Shown here piece by piece: positions 11,661 through 19,889 of a DNA stretch of 64,000 nt (positions within the stretch are counted from its first letter, which is position 1; each line of letters begins with the position of its first letter). The notes beneath the pieces are model-generated. The model worked only from the letters and a program-made list of their open reading frames with translations, ran no database searches and had not been told where the DNA came from. The position numbers were made by a program, and so were the translations under genes. Origin of the DNA: Fibrobacteria bacterium (GTDB lineage: Bacteria > Fibrobacterota > Fibrobacteria > UBA11236); the NCBI GenBank assembly GCA_021155885.1, contig JAJNBB010000003.1:9528-73527 (forward strand), in the 5' to 3' direction.

Positions 11661-12821
11661 ATGCCCGTTTATCTCCACGACTTCCGTGTTCATCTGCCCG
11701 CTTTTCGGGGATCCCACAGCGATGTCGTGCGCTGGCTGGCCGCCGCCCATGCGCGGGCGGAGACGACGTTGCGCGCGCAAGAGCCCGGCTTCGACCCGGC
11801 GGCCTTCCGCCGGCAGATGGAACGCCACCTGCGGCGCTTCGCGCCCTCGCCCGAGACCGTGGGATTCCGCTACAGCGACATTGCGGAATTCAACGACGAA
11901 AACTTCGCGGACAAGGACCTGTTTCCGGTGGACCGCGCGCCTCAGGGGGCCGGGACCGGCGCGCGCATGGATGCGTTCGCCGTCATGGCCGAGCGGGCCC
12001 TCACCGCGCTGTACGCGGGGGAGGAGGAAGCCCCCGATGAGATCCTCCATGTGACCTGCACGGGGTATTCCGCGCCCTCCGCGGCGCAGAAGCTGGCCGA
12101 GGACCGTGGCTGGCAGGACCGCGTCCGCCTCACCCACGTGTACCACATGGGCTGCTATGCCTCGCTGCCCGCCGTGCGCATCGCGGACGGGTACCTGGCC
12201 TCCGCCGCCGCGCGCGGGAAAAAAGACGGACGCTGCGACATCGTGCATACCGAAATCTGTTCGCTGCACCTCAACCCCGCGCGCCACGATCCCGAGCAGC
12301 TCGTCGTGCAATCGCTGTTTTCGGACGGGTTCATCCGCTATGCGCTGGCGCGCGCCGCCGGGGGCGCGCCCGCGCGGGCTTTCGAGATCCTCGGCTTCGC
12401 CGAGAAAATCGTTCCGGATTCTTTGGTCGACATCGGCTGGGCGCCGGGGGACTTCGGCATGCGCATGACTTTGTCCCGCGACGTCCCCGACAAGGTGGGG
12501 CCGCAGCTCGACGCCTTCGTGTCCGCCCTGGCCGAGGCCTCCGGCCTCGCGCGCGGGGACTTGACGGGCGCGGTGTACGCCGTGCACCCGGGCGGGCCCC
12601 GCATCGTCGACAAGGTGGAGGAATGGCTGGGGCTTTCGCCCCCGCAGCTGGTCGCGTCGCGCGAGATCCTGTACGAACGGGGAAACATGTCTTCGGCCAC
12701 CTTGCCGCATATCTGGGACCGCATTCTCCGCGATCCCGCCCTCGGGCCGGGCCGCTACGTCGTCAGCCTCGCCTTCGGCCCGGGCCTGACGCTGTATGGA
12801 TCGGTAATGCGGCGGACCTAA
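11661..12821 (+). CDS. type III polyketide synthase (chalcone/stilbene synthase family)
   Basis: 386 aa with the catalytic triad contexts HVTCTGYSAPS (Cys), VHPGGPRIVD (His) and GNMSSATLPHIW (Asn), plus the C-terminal FGPGLTL. Confidence 0.85.
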   Translation: MPVYLHDFRVHLPAFRGSHSDVVRWLAAAHARAETTLRAQEPGFDPAAFRRQMERHLRRFAPSPETVGFRYSDIAEFNDENFADKDLFPVDRAPQGAGTGARMDAFAVMAERALTALYAGEEEAPDEILHVTCTGYSAPSAAQKLAEDRGWQDRVRLTHVYHMGCYASLPAVRIADGYLASAAARGKKDGRCDIVHTEICSLHLNPARHDPEQLVVQSLFSDGFIRYALARAAGGAPARAFEILGFAEKIVPDSLVDIGWAPGDFGMRMTLSRDVPDKVGPQLDAFVSALAEASGLARGDLTGAVYAVHPGGPRIVDKVEEWLGLSPPQLVASREILYERGNMSSATLPHIWDRILRDPALGPGRYVVSLAFGPGLTLYGSVMRRT

Positions 12822-12969
12822 ACCCCGGTTAAGTTCCCGTGTAAAAATCCGTCCGCCGTTCCGGGGCAATGACGGACTCCCGACCCTTTGCAAACCAAAT
12901 CGTGACGGAGCCCAATGTATGTTACCGACCGGCGACGCGCCAGGATCCGCGTCGCCGGGAGGACACGCT

Positions 12970-13836
12970 ATGGCGCACAGGGCGATCGGGTTGCTGGGAG
13001 GATTGGTCTTGACCGGATGCGCCCTGCGCTCCTTTCATGTCGGCGGGGACCGGAGGGAGCTGGACTGGCTCGACGACGCGCATCCCCGCGAAGAAAAGCT
13101 TCTGATGGCCGAAAACACCTTGCTCACCGAAACGCAATCGGACGGAACCGGGCCTCGAGACTTCGGCCAGGGCCTTTATCTCGACCCGTATGTCCGCTTT
13201 GTCCCCGATAGCGGCGCCGCGCACGCTCCCGGGATCCGGATCCATCATCACACCCAGGGAGTCGCCCGCAGTTTCAACCCTATCGAATCGGTGCAACTGG
13301 GCGTGCCGTCGGGCCGTTGCATAGAGCTGGAATCCTGGCGCGTATCCGGCGGAGATGATCCCACCTTCCTGGAAATGACGAATTCCATTCTGGGAGCTTT
13401 CGACACCGAAAACCCGGAGCCGCCCGAACCCGAAACTTATTCGGAGTATGCGCTGGCCCCGGTAAGCTGGGAGAACCTCCGGGTTCTGGCGGACTCGGGG
13501 GTGGCCTGGGCGCGCTTCCACGGCGGTCAGCGCTATAAAACTTACGGCCAAGAGGACATCGACAGCGGCTTCAGCGGTCGTCTGCGGGCCTTTCTCAAGG
13601 CGGCGGAGGCGAAAGGGCTCATGCGGGCGGACACGGTGCGCATGGATAGCCTTCACGCCGCTTATACCCGCGTCGCCCTGGAACGGAAGCTCGCGATGCA
13701 AAGGGCACGGGAGGATTCCATCCGGCAGGCGGAAGTCCGGATCGCGGCAAGACGGGCTCGCCGGGATAGCCTCGAAATCCTGCGGATGAAACGCCGGGGT
13801 TCCGATAATTTCGGCGGTTATCGCTCCGGTCTCTGA
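12970..13836 (+). CDS. hypothetical lipoprotein (paralog 1)
   Basis: Signal peptide with lipobox LVLTGC. It shares the YLDPYV..P.SG....G..I.H block with the next gene. No known domain recognised. Confidence 0.55.
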   Translation: MAHRAIGLLGGLVLTGCALRSFHVGGDRRELDWLDDAHPREEKLLMAENTLLTETQSDGTGPRDFGQGLYLDPYVRFVPDSGAAHAPGIRIHHHTQGVARSFNPIESVQLGVPSGRCIELESWRVSGGDDPTFLEMTNSILGAFDTENPEPPEPETYSEYALAPVSWENLRVLADSGVAWARFHGGQRYKTYGQEDIDSGFSGRLRAFLKAAEAKGLMRADTVRMDSLHAAYTRVALERKLAMQRAREDSIRQAEVRIAARRARRDSLEILRMKRRGSDNFGGYRSGL

Positions 13837-13854
13837 ACTTTGGGGAACCAAGCC

Positions 13855-14736
13855 ATGAAGTCTCGTCGAATTCCTTCCGTTTTGGTACCGGGCACTCTCG
13901 GTTTCTGGATGCTCACCGGCTGCGCGTCCCACGTGCAGCGCATGGAGGCCGAAACCTACAACGGCACCTTCTTTTCGCTGACCTCCTCGCATAACCTGCT
14001 GAAGACCCATTCCTATGCGGGAAAGAAAAAGAAGGGGGATGGCAATGTTTATCTCGACCCTTACGTCAAAGCCGACCCCGTCTCGGGGGAATGGACCGAA
14101 TCCGGATTTAACATCCTGCATTACTACACGCGCTTCTCCCGGGCCTTTTCTCCCATCCTGGACGTGGAATTTGTCGTGGATAAGCGGGATACCCTTCGCT
14201 TTCAGGTCGAAGGCAGCGGGTCCGCCACCAATCGCGGTCGCAGGCCTTCAGCCTGGGCGTGGGTTTCGGCCGTCGGGCACGGGCTGGATATATACGCTCA
14301 TTCCCAATGCGATCCTTGCTGCCGGAAAGAGGTGGAGGCTCCGGACTTCGAGGACGAGATGTATTGGGTCGAAAAAGTCGTGCACCGGGAATTCGGGACC
14401 CTCCGCACCACGCCCGAGGAATTCCGCAAAATCGCGCGCGCGAGGAAGCTGGACGTTGTCCTGCGGGGAGGCGCGCGGGAGCCGCGTTATCGAAGCGGTT
14501 CGCTCGCGCTGAGTTTCAAACCCACTATGCGCCGGTTCCTGGATACCTTGCGAACCCTGGAGAAGTCCGCCGCGCGCGCGCGGAACGCGGAGGCGAGCCC
14601 GATTGAAAACGAGCCTCCCGCGTTCGCGGTGGTTTCGGAATATCGGGGGTATGCCCAGGCGGATACGACCGCGGAATCGCCATTCCGCCGTCCAGGTGCG
14701 CCGCTACGACTGGACAATCGGGGATTTCCCTATTAA
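13855..14736 (+). CDS. hypothetical lipoprotein (paralog 2)
   Basis: Signal peptide with lipobox WMLTGC. The VYLDPYVKADPVSG block is homologous to the previous gene. Confidence 0.55.
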   Translation: MKSRRIPSVLVPGTLGFWMLTGCASHVQRMEAETYNGTFFSLTSSHNLLKTHSYAGKKKKGDGNVYLDPYVKADPVSGEWTESGFNILHYYTRFSRAFSPILDVEFVVDKRDTLRFQVEGSGSATNRGRRPSAWAWVSAVGHGLDIYAHSQCDPCCRKEVEAPDFEDEMYWVEKVVHREFGTLRTTPEEFRKIARARKLDVVLRGGAREPRYRSGSLALSFKPTMRRFLDTLRTLEKSAARARNAEASPIENEPPAFAVVSEYRGYAQADTTAESPFRRPGAPLRLDNRGFPY

Positions 14737-14745
14737 GCTCTTGCC

Positions 14746-15198
14746 ATGCCATCCCTTCCCGCACTTGCGCTGGCCCTTCCCGTGTTCGCCTTGCATGCCC
14801 TCCTTGCCCTCGCGGATGAAGCCCTGTTTCATCGCCGGCGCGAGGTGCCGCGCTGGGAGCGCATCGGCCATCCGCTGGACACGTTCGTCGTCCTTGTCCC
14901 GCTGGCGCTGACGCTGTTCCTGCCCGCGCGCGCGCCCTGGACGGGCGTATTCTGGGGGTTGGCCGTCCTGTCCTCGCTGTTCGTCACCAAGGATGAGTGG
15001 GTGCATGCGCGCTTGTGCCTGCCGGCGGAGCAATGGCTGCACGCCGTGCTCTTCCTGCTTCACCCCGTGGTTTTTTTCGCCGCCTGGACGCTGTGGAAGG
15101 CCGGGGAGACTCCCTGGCTGGCGGCTCAATGCCTGCTGGTGGCGGGGTCGATGATCTATCAGGCGGTTTACTGGAATTTTTGGAAACGGAATGAATAA
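14746..15198 (+). CDS. hypothetical small polytopic membrane protein, His-rich (150 aa)
   Basis: About four hydrophobic segments. Conserved-looking polar motifs are DEALFHRRRE, GHPLDT, KDEWVHA and HAVLFLLHP. Its stop overlaps the next gene start by 8 nt. Confidence 0.55.
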   Translation: MPSLPALALALPVFALHALLALADEALFHRRREVPRWERIGHPLDTFVVLVPLALTLFLPARAPWTGVFWGLAVLSSLFVTKDEWVHARLCLPAEQWLHAVLFLLHPVVFFAAWTLWKAGETPWLAAQCLLVAGSMIYQAVYWNFWKRNE

Positions 15199-16000
15199 CC
15201 CATCACGTCCGCGAGGAGCGACCCGGCGGGTGGGGCCCTCCGTAAACAACGCCTTCTACGAGGATCTCGGCGACCGGTGGCTGCACGCGCAGGACGACCC
15301 CGTGGCGCTTTTGCGCGCCGAGGGAGAGGCCAAGCACGCCTGGGTGGAGGAAAAGCTGCGCGAGCACTTCGCGGCTCCTCCAGGAACTCCCGGCGGGCGC
15401 GCGTTGGACATCCTCGACGTCGGCTGCGGGGCGGGGTTCCTGGCGCGGCGGCTCGCGGCGCAGGGGCATTCCCTGCACGGGCTGGACTTCTCGCGGGGAA
15501 GCCTGCGGGTATCCCGGCGCGCGGAAGATCCGTCGCGCCCCGTGCGTTACCTGCAGGGGGATGCACTGCGCCTGCCGTTCGCGAACGGCGTCTTCGACGC
15601 GGTATGCTCCATGGATTTTCTCGAGCACGTCGAAGACCCGGCCGCCGCCGTCCGTGAGGCCGGCCGCGTGCTGAAGCCGGGCGGGTTGTTCTTCTTCCAC
15701 ACCTTCAACCGCAACCCGCTGGCGTGGCTGGTCATCATCAAGGGCCTGGAATGGTTCGTGCGGAACACCCCGGAGCACATGCACGTGCTGCGCTTGTTCA
15801 TCAAGCCGCGCGAACTCGCGCGTTATTGCCAGGAGGGCGGCATGACGCCGGTGGAGTGGACGGGGGTGCGGCCGGATTTCAGGCGCCGCGCCTTTTGGAA
15901 AATGCTGCGGACGGGGATCGTGCCAAAGGACTTCACCTTCGTGCTCACGCCCTCGCTCCGGCTTTCTTACCTGGGCGTCGCGGTGAAAGACTCCCGGTGA
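15191..16000 (+). CDS. class I SAM-dependent O-methyltransferase, UbiG-like
   Basis: SAM motif ILDVGCGAGFLARRLA, LPFANGVFDAVCSMDFLEHVEDP and LKPGGLFFFHTFNRN, collinear with the UbiG pattern. Confidence 0.85.
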   Translation: MNNPSRPRGATRRVGPSVNNAFYEDLGDRWLHAQDDPVALLRAEGEAKHAWVEEKLREHFAAPPGTPGGRALDILDVGCGAGFLARRLAAQGHSLHGLDFSRGSLRVSRRAEDPSRPVRYLQGDALRLPFANGVFDAVCSMDFLEHVEDPAAAVREAGRVLKPGGLFFFHTFNRNPLAWLVIIKGLEWFVRNTPEHMHVLRLFIKPRELARYCQEGGMTPVEWTGVRPDFRRRAFWKMLRTGIVPKDFTFVLTPSLRLSYLGVAVKDSR

Positions 16001-16124
16001 ACCGGGCGCCCGGCCCACCGGAATTCTTCTTCTTGTAAAGAGAGGGTCTCCGCGCACTCGTTCCGTCGGTTTTCGGCCGGGATGCGGGCACACGGAGACC
16101 GGTTTCGGGAACTAAAACCGGAAA

Positions 16125-16397
16125 CTACATGTCTCCCAGTTCTCGTTCATCCTTGTCCAGGCCCGTGCCTTTCCGGTCGCGCTGGCCGCCCGGCTCCGAA
16201 ATGTTGTCCTGACGCTGGCCGCCCTGCTGGGTCCCACGCGTCTGGCTCTGATCCTGCTGACCGTGGGAGCCTCGATCCATGCCCTGCTGGCCTTGCTGTC
16301 CCTGCGAGGACTGGCCGCCTTGCTGCGAGCGATCGCGGCCCGCATCCTGCGACTGATCCTGCTGGACGTTCTGGTTGGGGTTCTTTTCGTTGGCCAT
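16125..16397 (-). CDS. small Q/G-rich hydrophilic protein (90 aa), probably disordered
   Basis: MANEKNPNQNVQQDQSQ...GGQSSQGQQGQQG. GGAGG lies 5 nt upstream of this ATG, and the longer 16472 start lacks an RBS. Confidence 0.5.
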   Translation of the reverse strand: MANEKNPNQNVQQDQSQDAGRDRSQQGGQSSQGQQGQQGMDRGSHGQQDQSQTRGTQQGGQRQDNISEPGGQRDRKGTGLDKDERELGDM

Positions 16398-16609
16398 GAT
16401 AACCTCCGGTTTGGAACGAGGAAAAATTTCCTCCCCAACACCATCCAAAGATTTTCGGGGCCGATCACGCAAATAAACGTCAATCTTGTTCGTGCGAACA
16501 AGGTTGAAACATTCGCGACGCGTTGATGACGCAGGGGAGACGCGTGTCGGATGCGGAAGGCCGGATTTTGAGGAATATCTGACCCGTTCCCCCCGGCGGC
16601 ACGGTTCGG

Positions 16610-16954
16610 TTATTCCGGATCGAGCTTTTCGGGATCGTCGAGGAATTCCTCGATGTCCGTCATGCCCATTTCATCCTTGCGTTCTTCGGCCCCGGCCTCG
16701 GCCAAGGTGGCGCTGAGGTTGGGATCGTTGGGGTCGACGTCGGGGCCGTTCTCGACCTCGTTGCCGGTGGGGTCGCCGTTCTCGTTGGCGCTTTCCCACA
16801 GCGCGCGGCCGTGCAATCTGCCCTGCACGTCATCGCGCACGTCCGGATCCAAGGGCGCGGCGCTTTCGGATTCATAGGCCGAAGCGGACGGTTCCTCGTC
16901 GGCGTTCAACCCCAGATCCTCGTTGTCGTTCTGATCCTTGACATCGTATGGCAT
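16610..16954 (-). CDS. small acidic hydrophilic protein (114 aa)
   Basis: MPYDVKDQNDNEDLGLNADEE... with GGGAGGG 3 nt upstream of the ATG. The annotated 377-aa ORF upstream part overlaps tgt and is rejected. Confidence 0.5.
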   Translation of the reverse strand: MPYDVKDQNDNEDLGLNADEEPSASAYESESAAPLDPDVRDDVQGRLHGRALWESANENGDPTGNEVENGPDVDPNDPNLSATLAEAGAEERKDEMGMTDIEEFLDDPEKLDPE

Positions 16955-17034
16955 GAGCCCTCCCGGTTGCGGGACGTCCCGCGTGTCCTGGGAACAGCAT
17001 CCTAAAAACGGGGAGGGCGGGGTAGGCCGGCCGC

Positions 17035-18228
17035 TCAGGTTTTTACGCCGCCGGCGGTCGCTTCCCAGCGCTTGAGCAGCCCGGACTTCCAGCCCTCGTA
17101 GGTCCCGGCCAGGATTTGGACCCGCGCCTCCCGCATAAGGTCCTGGTAGAACGTGAGCGTATGGAGCGTCGCCAGTTCGAAGACCAGCAATTCGTTGGCC
17201 ACGAAAAGGTGGCGCAGGTAGGCGCGGGAGAAATTGCGGCAGGTGTAGCAACCGCAGGCGGGGTCGAGCGGGACGTCGAGCTCCTGGGCGTGACGGGCGG
17301 CCTTGTAATGCAGGGGGCCTTCCCAGGTATACACCAGGCCGTTGCGCGCGTTGCGCGTCGGCAGCACGCAATCGAACATGTCCACGCCGCGCTCGATCAG
17401 CTCGAGGAGATTCGCAGGCGTGCCCACCCCCATCACATAACGCGGCTTGTCCGCCGGCAAGAGGCCCGTTGAAAAGTCGGCGACCTCGTACATGATCTCG
17501 GCGGGTTCGCCGACGCTCAGGCCGCCGAGCGCGTAGCCCGGAAGGTCGAGGGGCTTCAGGTGCTCGATGGCCGATTGACGGGCCTCCGGAAGCATGCCGC
17601 CCTGCACGATGCCGAAGAAATGCTGCGGGTAGCCGTGCAGGGGGGGATTTCGCGCGAGCCATTCCAGCGCGCGCTCGGTCCAGCGCTGCGTAAGGCCGAG
17701 GGACTTCTGCACCTCGGCGGGCGTGGCGGGGTAGGGGGTGCACTCGTCGAAGGCCATGAGGATGTCGGCGCCGATCTTGCGCTGGGCGTCCATCACCGAT
17801 TCGGGGGTGAAGAGATGCTTCGACCCGTCGATGTGCGACCGGAACTCGACCCCCTGCTCCGTGATCTTGCGCAAAGTCTCGAGGCTCCAGACCTGGAACC
17901 CGCCCGAGTCGGTGAGCAGCGCGCGCTTCCAGTTCGCGAAGCGGTGCAGGCCGCCCGCGCGCGCGAGCAGGTCGAGGCCGGGGCGCAGGTACAGGTGGTA
18001 GGTGTTCCCCAGGATGATGCTCGCCCCGGTTTCCTCGACGCGCTGAGGCGACAGGGCCTTGACCGCGCCGGCCGTTCCCACGGGCATGAACACCGGGGTC
18101 TCGATCTCCCCGTGGGCCGTGCGCACCCGGCCGGCGCGGGCCTTGGACCCCGCGGAGGTGGCCTCCAGGGAGAAGAACGGACCGGGGGACAGGTTGAGGT
18201 CGGGGGTGGGGAAGGGGGAAGGGGACAT
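17035..18228 (-). CDS. tgt: queuine tRNA-ribosyltransferase
   Basis: TPVFMPVGT, LLTDSGGFQ, GLSVGE and the Zn site CxCxxC (CGCYTCRNFSRAYLRHL). The start is set to ATG 18228 because the 5-prime extension translates a palindromic repeat. Confidence 0.9.
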   Translation of the reverse strand: MSPSPFPTPDLNLSPGPFFSLEATSAGSKARAGRVRTAHGEIETPVFMPVGTAGAVKALSPQRVEETGASIILGNTYHLYLRPGLDLLARAGGLHRFANWKRALLTDSGGFQVWSLETLRKITEQGVEFRSHIDGSKHLFTPESVMDAQRKIGADILMAFDECTPYPATPAEVQKSLGLTQRWTERALEWLARNPPLHGYPQHFFGIVQGGMLPEARQSAIEHLKPLDLPGYALGGLSVGEPAEIMYEVADFSTGLLPADKPRYVMGVGTPANLLELIERGVDMFDCVLPTRNARNGLVYTWEGPLHYKAARHAQELDVPLDPACGCYTCRNFSRAYLRHLFVANELLVFELATLHTLTFYQDLMREARVQILAGTYEGWKSGLLKRWEATAGGVKT

Positions 18229-18261
18229 GAGGCGGGGAAAGGTAGGAATTACCCCCTCGTC

Positions 18262-18281
18262 ATCCCCGCGGAGGCGGGGAT
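18262..18281. repeat. REP-like palindromic hairpin
   Basis: ATCCCCGC-GGAG-GCGGGGAT, a perfect 8-bp stem between radA and tgt. It produces the spurious peptide strings PRLRGDDE / IPAEAGIH in ORF tracks. Confidence 0.5.
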
Positions 18282-18320
18282 CCACGTTGCCCGGGAGCGA
18301 GTCCTGAAGGAAAGGGTATC

Positions 18321-19739
18321 CTACTCGAACAAATGATCCAGCGCGTCCCGGAGCCGCTTCGCTAGCAGAAGTTCCAGCCCCGGAATGTGCGGCGGCGCTT
18401 TCTGCGTCTCGGGAATCACCGCCGCCTTGAATCCCAGGCGCGCCGCTTCGCGGAGGCGAGCCTCCATTTGCGGCACGGGCCGCAGTTCTCCGTTGAGACC
18501 GATCTCGCCGAGAGCCAAGGTCGCATGCCGCGAGGTCTTTCCCAGATGATTGCCGGCGACCGCGGCCGCGACCGCGAGGTCGATGGCCGGTTCGTCGACG
18601 CGGAATCCGCCCGCGAGGTTGAGGAACACGTCCTGCGGGCCGATGTCGAGCCCGGCGAATTTTTCGAGGATGGCGAGCAGCAAGGTCAGCCGCTTCTGGT
18701 CGAAGCCCATGCTTACCCGCTGGGGCATGGAGTAGTTCGTGCGGCCCACCAGGGCCTGGACCTCGAGCAGAAGGGGCCGGCTGCCTTCGAGGCAGCAGGT
18801 GACCATCGAGCCGGGGGCGCGGTCGTCGCGGGTTTGCAAAAAGGCTTCGGAGGGGTTGTGCACCTGGCGCAAGCCGGTCGAGCCCATTTCGAACACGCCG
18901 ATTTCATGCGTCGCCCCGAAGCGGTTCTTGACCGCCCGCAGGATGCGGTAGGAGTGGTGCCGCTCGCCCTCGAAGTAGATCACGGTGTCGACCATGTGCT
19001 CGAGGATGCGCGGCCCGGCGAGCTGGCCTTCCTTGGTGACGTGCCCGACGAGAAAGATGGCGCAGCCGGTGGACTTGGCGTGGACCATCAGGGCCAAGGT
19101 GGCCTCGCGCAGTTGGGTCACGGACCCGGGCGAGGCCGCCACGTCGGGTTTGTAAACGGTCTGGATGGAGTCGATGATCAGGACGCCGGGCCGCGCCGAC
19201 TCGGTGAGCTTGAAGATTTCCTGCAGGTCGGTCTCGGCGGCGGCGAGCAGGTCGGATCCGGGCGTTTCGAGCCGGGCCGCGCGCAGCTTGAGCTGGGCCA
19301 GGGATTCTTCGCCGGAGATGTACAGGGTCTTGATGCCGCCCGCGGCCAGGAGCGTGGCGGCCTGCAGGAGCAAGGTGGACTTCCCGATGCCGGGGTCGCC
19401 GCCGATCAGCACGAGCGAACCCGGTACGATTCCGCCGCCCAGCACGCGGTTGAACTCCGCGATCCCGGTGGGAATGCGGTTTTCGGTTTGTTCCGGGATG
19501 TCCTTGAGGGCTATTACTCCATTGAGTCCTGCATTCGATTGCCCCTGGATTCCCACGCCGCTGAGTCCCCGGGCGGAGGCGGAAGCCTGCGGGGGAGGCT
19601 CCTTGAACTCCACGAGACTGTCCCAAGCCCCGCAGGATCCGCACTTGCCGGCCCATTTACCAAAGGTGTCGCCACATTCCTTGCAGGCAAAAACGGGAGA
19701 TTTCGAGGATTTCGTCGAATTTTTGGCCATGACATCCAA
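18321..19739 (-). CDS. radA: DNA repair protein RadA/Sms
   Basis: N-terminal Zn finger CKECGDTFGKWAGKCGSCGAW, Walker A GGDPGIGKST, the KNRFG motif and a Lon-like C-terminal domain. Confidence 0.93.
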   Translation of the reverse strand: MDVMAKNSTKSSKSPVFACKECGDTFGKWAGKCGSCGAWDSLVEFKEPPPQASASARGLSGVGIQGQSNAGLNGVIALKDIPEQTENRIPTGIAEFNRVLGGGIVPGSLVLIGGDPGIGKSTLLLQAATLLAAGGIKTLYISGEESLAQLKLRAARLETPGSDLLAAAETDLQEIFKLTESARPGVLIIDSIQTVYKPDVAASPGSVTQLREATLALMVHAKSTGCAIFLVGHVTKEGQLAGPRILEHMVDTVIYFEGERHHSYRILRAVKNRFGATHEIGVFEMGSTGLRQVHNPSEAFLQTRDDRAPGSMVTCCLEGSRPLLLEVQALVGRTNYSMPQRVSMGFDQKRLTLLLAILEKFAGLDIGPQDVFLNLAGGFRVDEPAIDLAVAAAVAGNHLGKTSRHATLALGEIGLNGELRPVPQMEARLREAARLGFKAAVIPETQKAPPHIPGLELLLAKRLRDALDHLFE

Positions 19740-19832
19740 TATAACATCGGAACCGGGTTATAGGGCACAAATTATCACTAAGCCGTCTTCCCGGCGGTTC
19801 AGGGCAAAAAGCGCGGCCGGAGCGCCAATTGA

Positions 19833-19854
19833 CAATAGACAGAAATATCTATTG
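19833..19854. promoter_or_regulatory. candidate operator, 7-8-7 perfect inverted repeat upstream of the cbb3 locus
   Basis: CAATAGA-CAGAAATA-TCTATTG ends 35 nt before ATG 19890. The same 7-8-7 layout recurs upstream of hemN (30668-30689). Confidence 0.4.
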
Positions 19855-19889
19855 ACTTTTTTCGACTTGGATGTGATCTTTGGACAAGA

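Noticed and set aside
16955-17743. The upstream 263 codons of the 377-aa ORF 16610-17743.
   Set aside because: It overlaps tgt in another frame and is Arg/Pro/Ala-rich junk. Only the last 114 codons, starting at an RBS-preceded ATG, look like a gene.
18229-18285. The MDPRLRGDDEGVIPTFPRL extension of tgt.
   Set aside because: It is the translation of the REP-like palindrome at 18262-18281. The ATG at 18228 gives a standard Tgt N-terminus.
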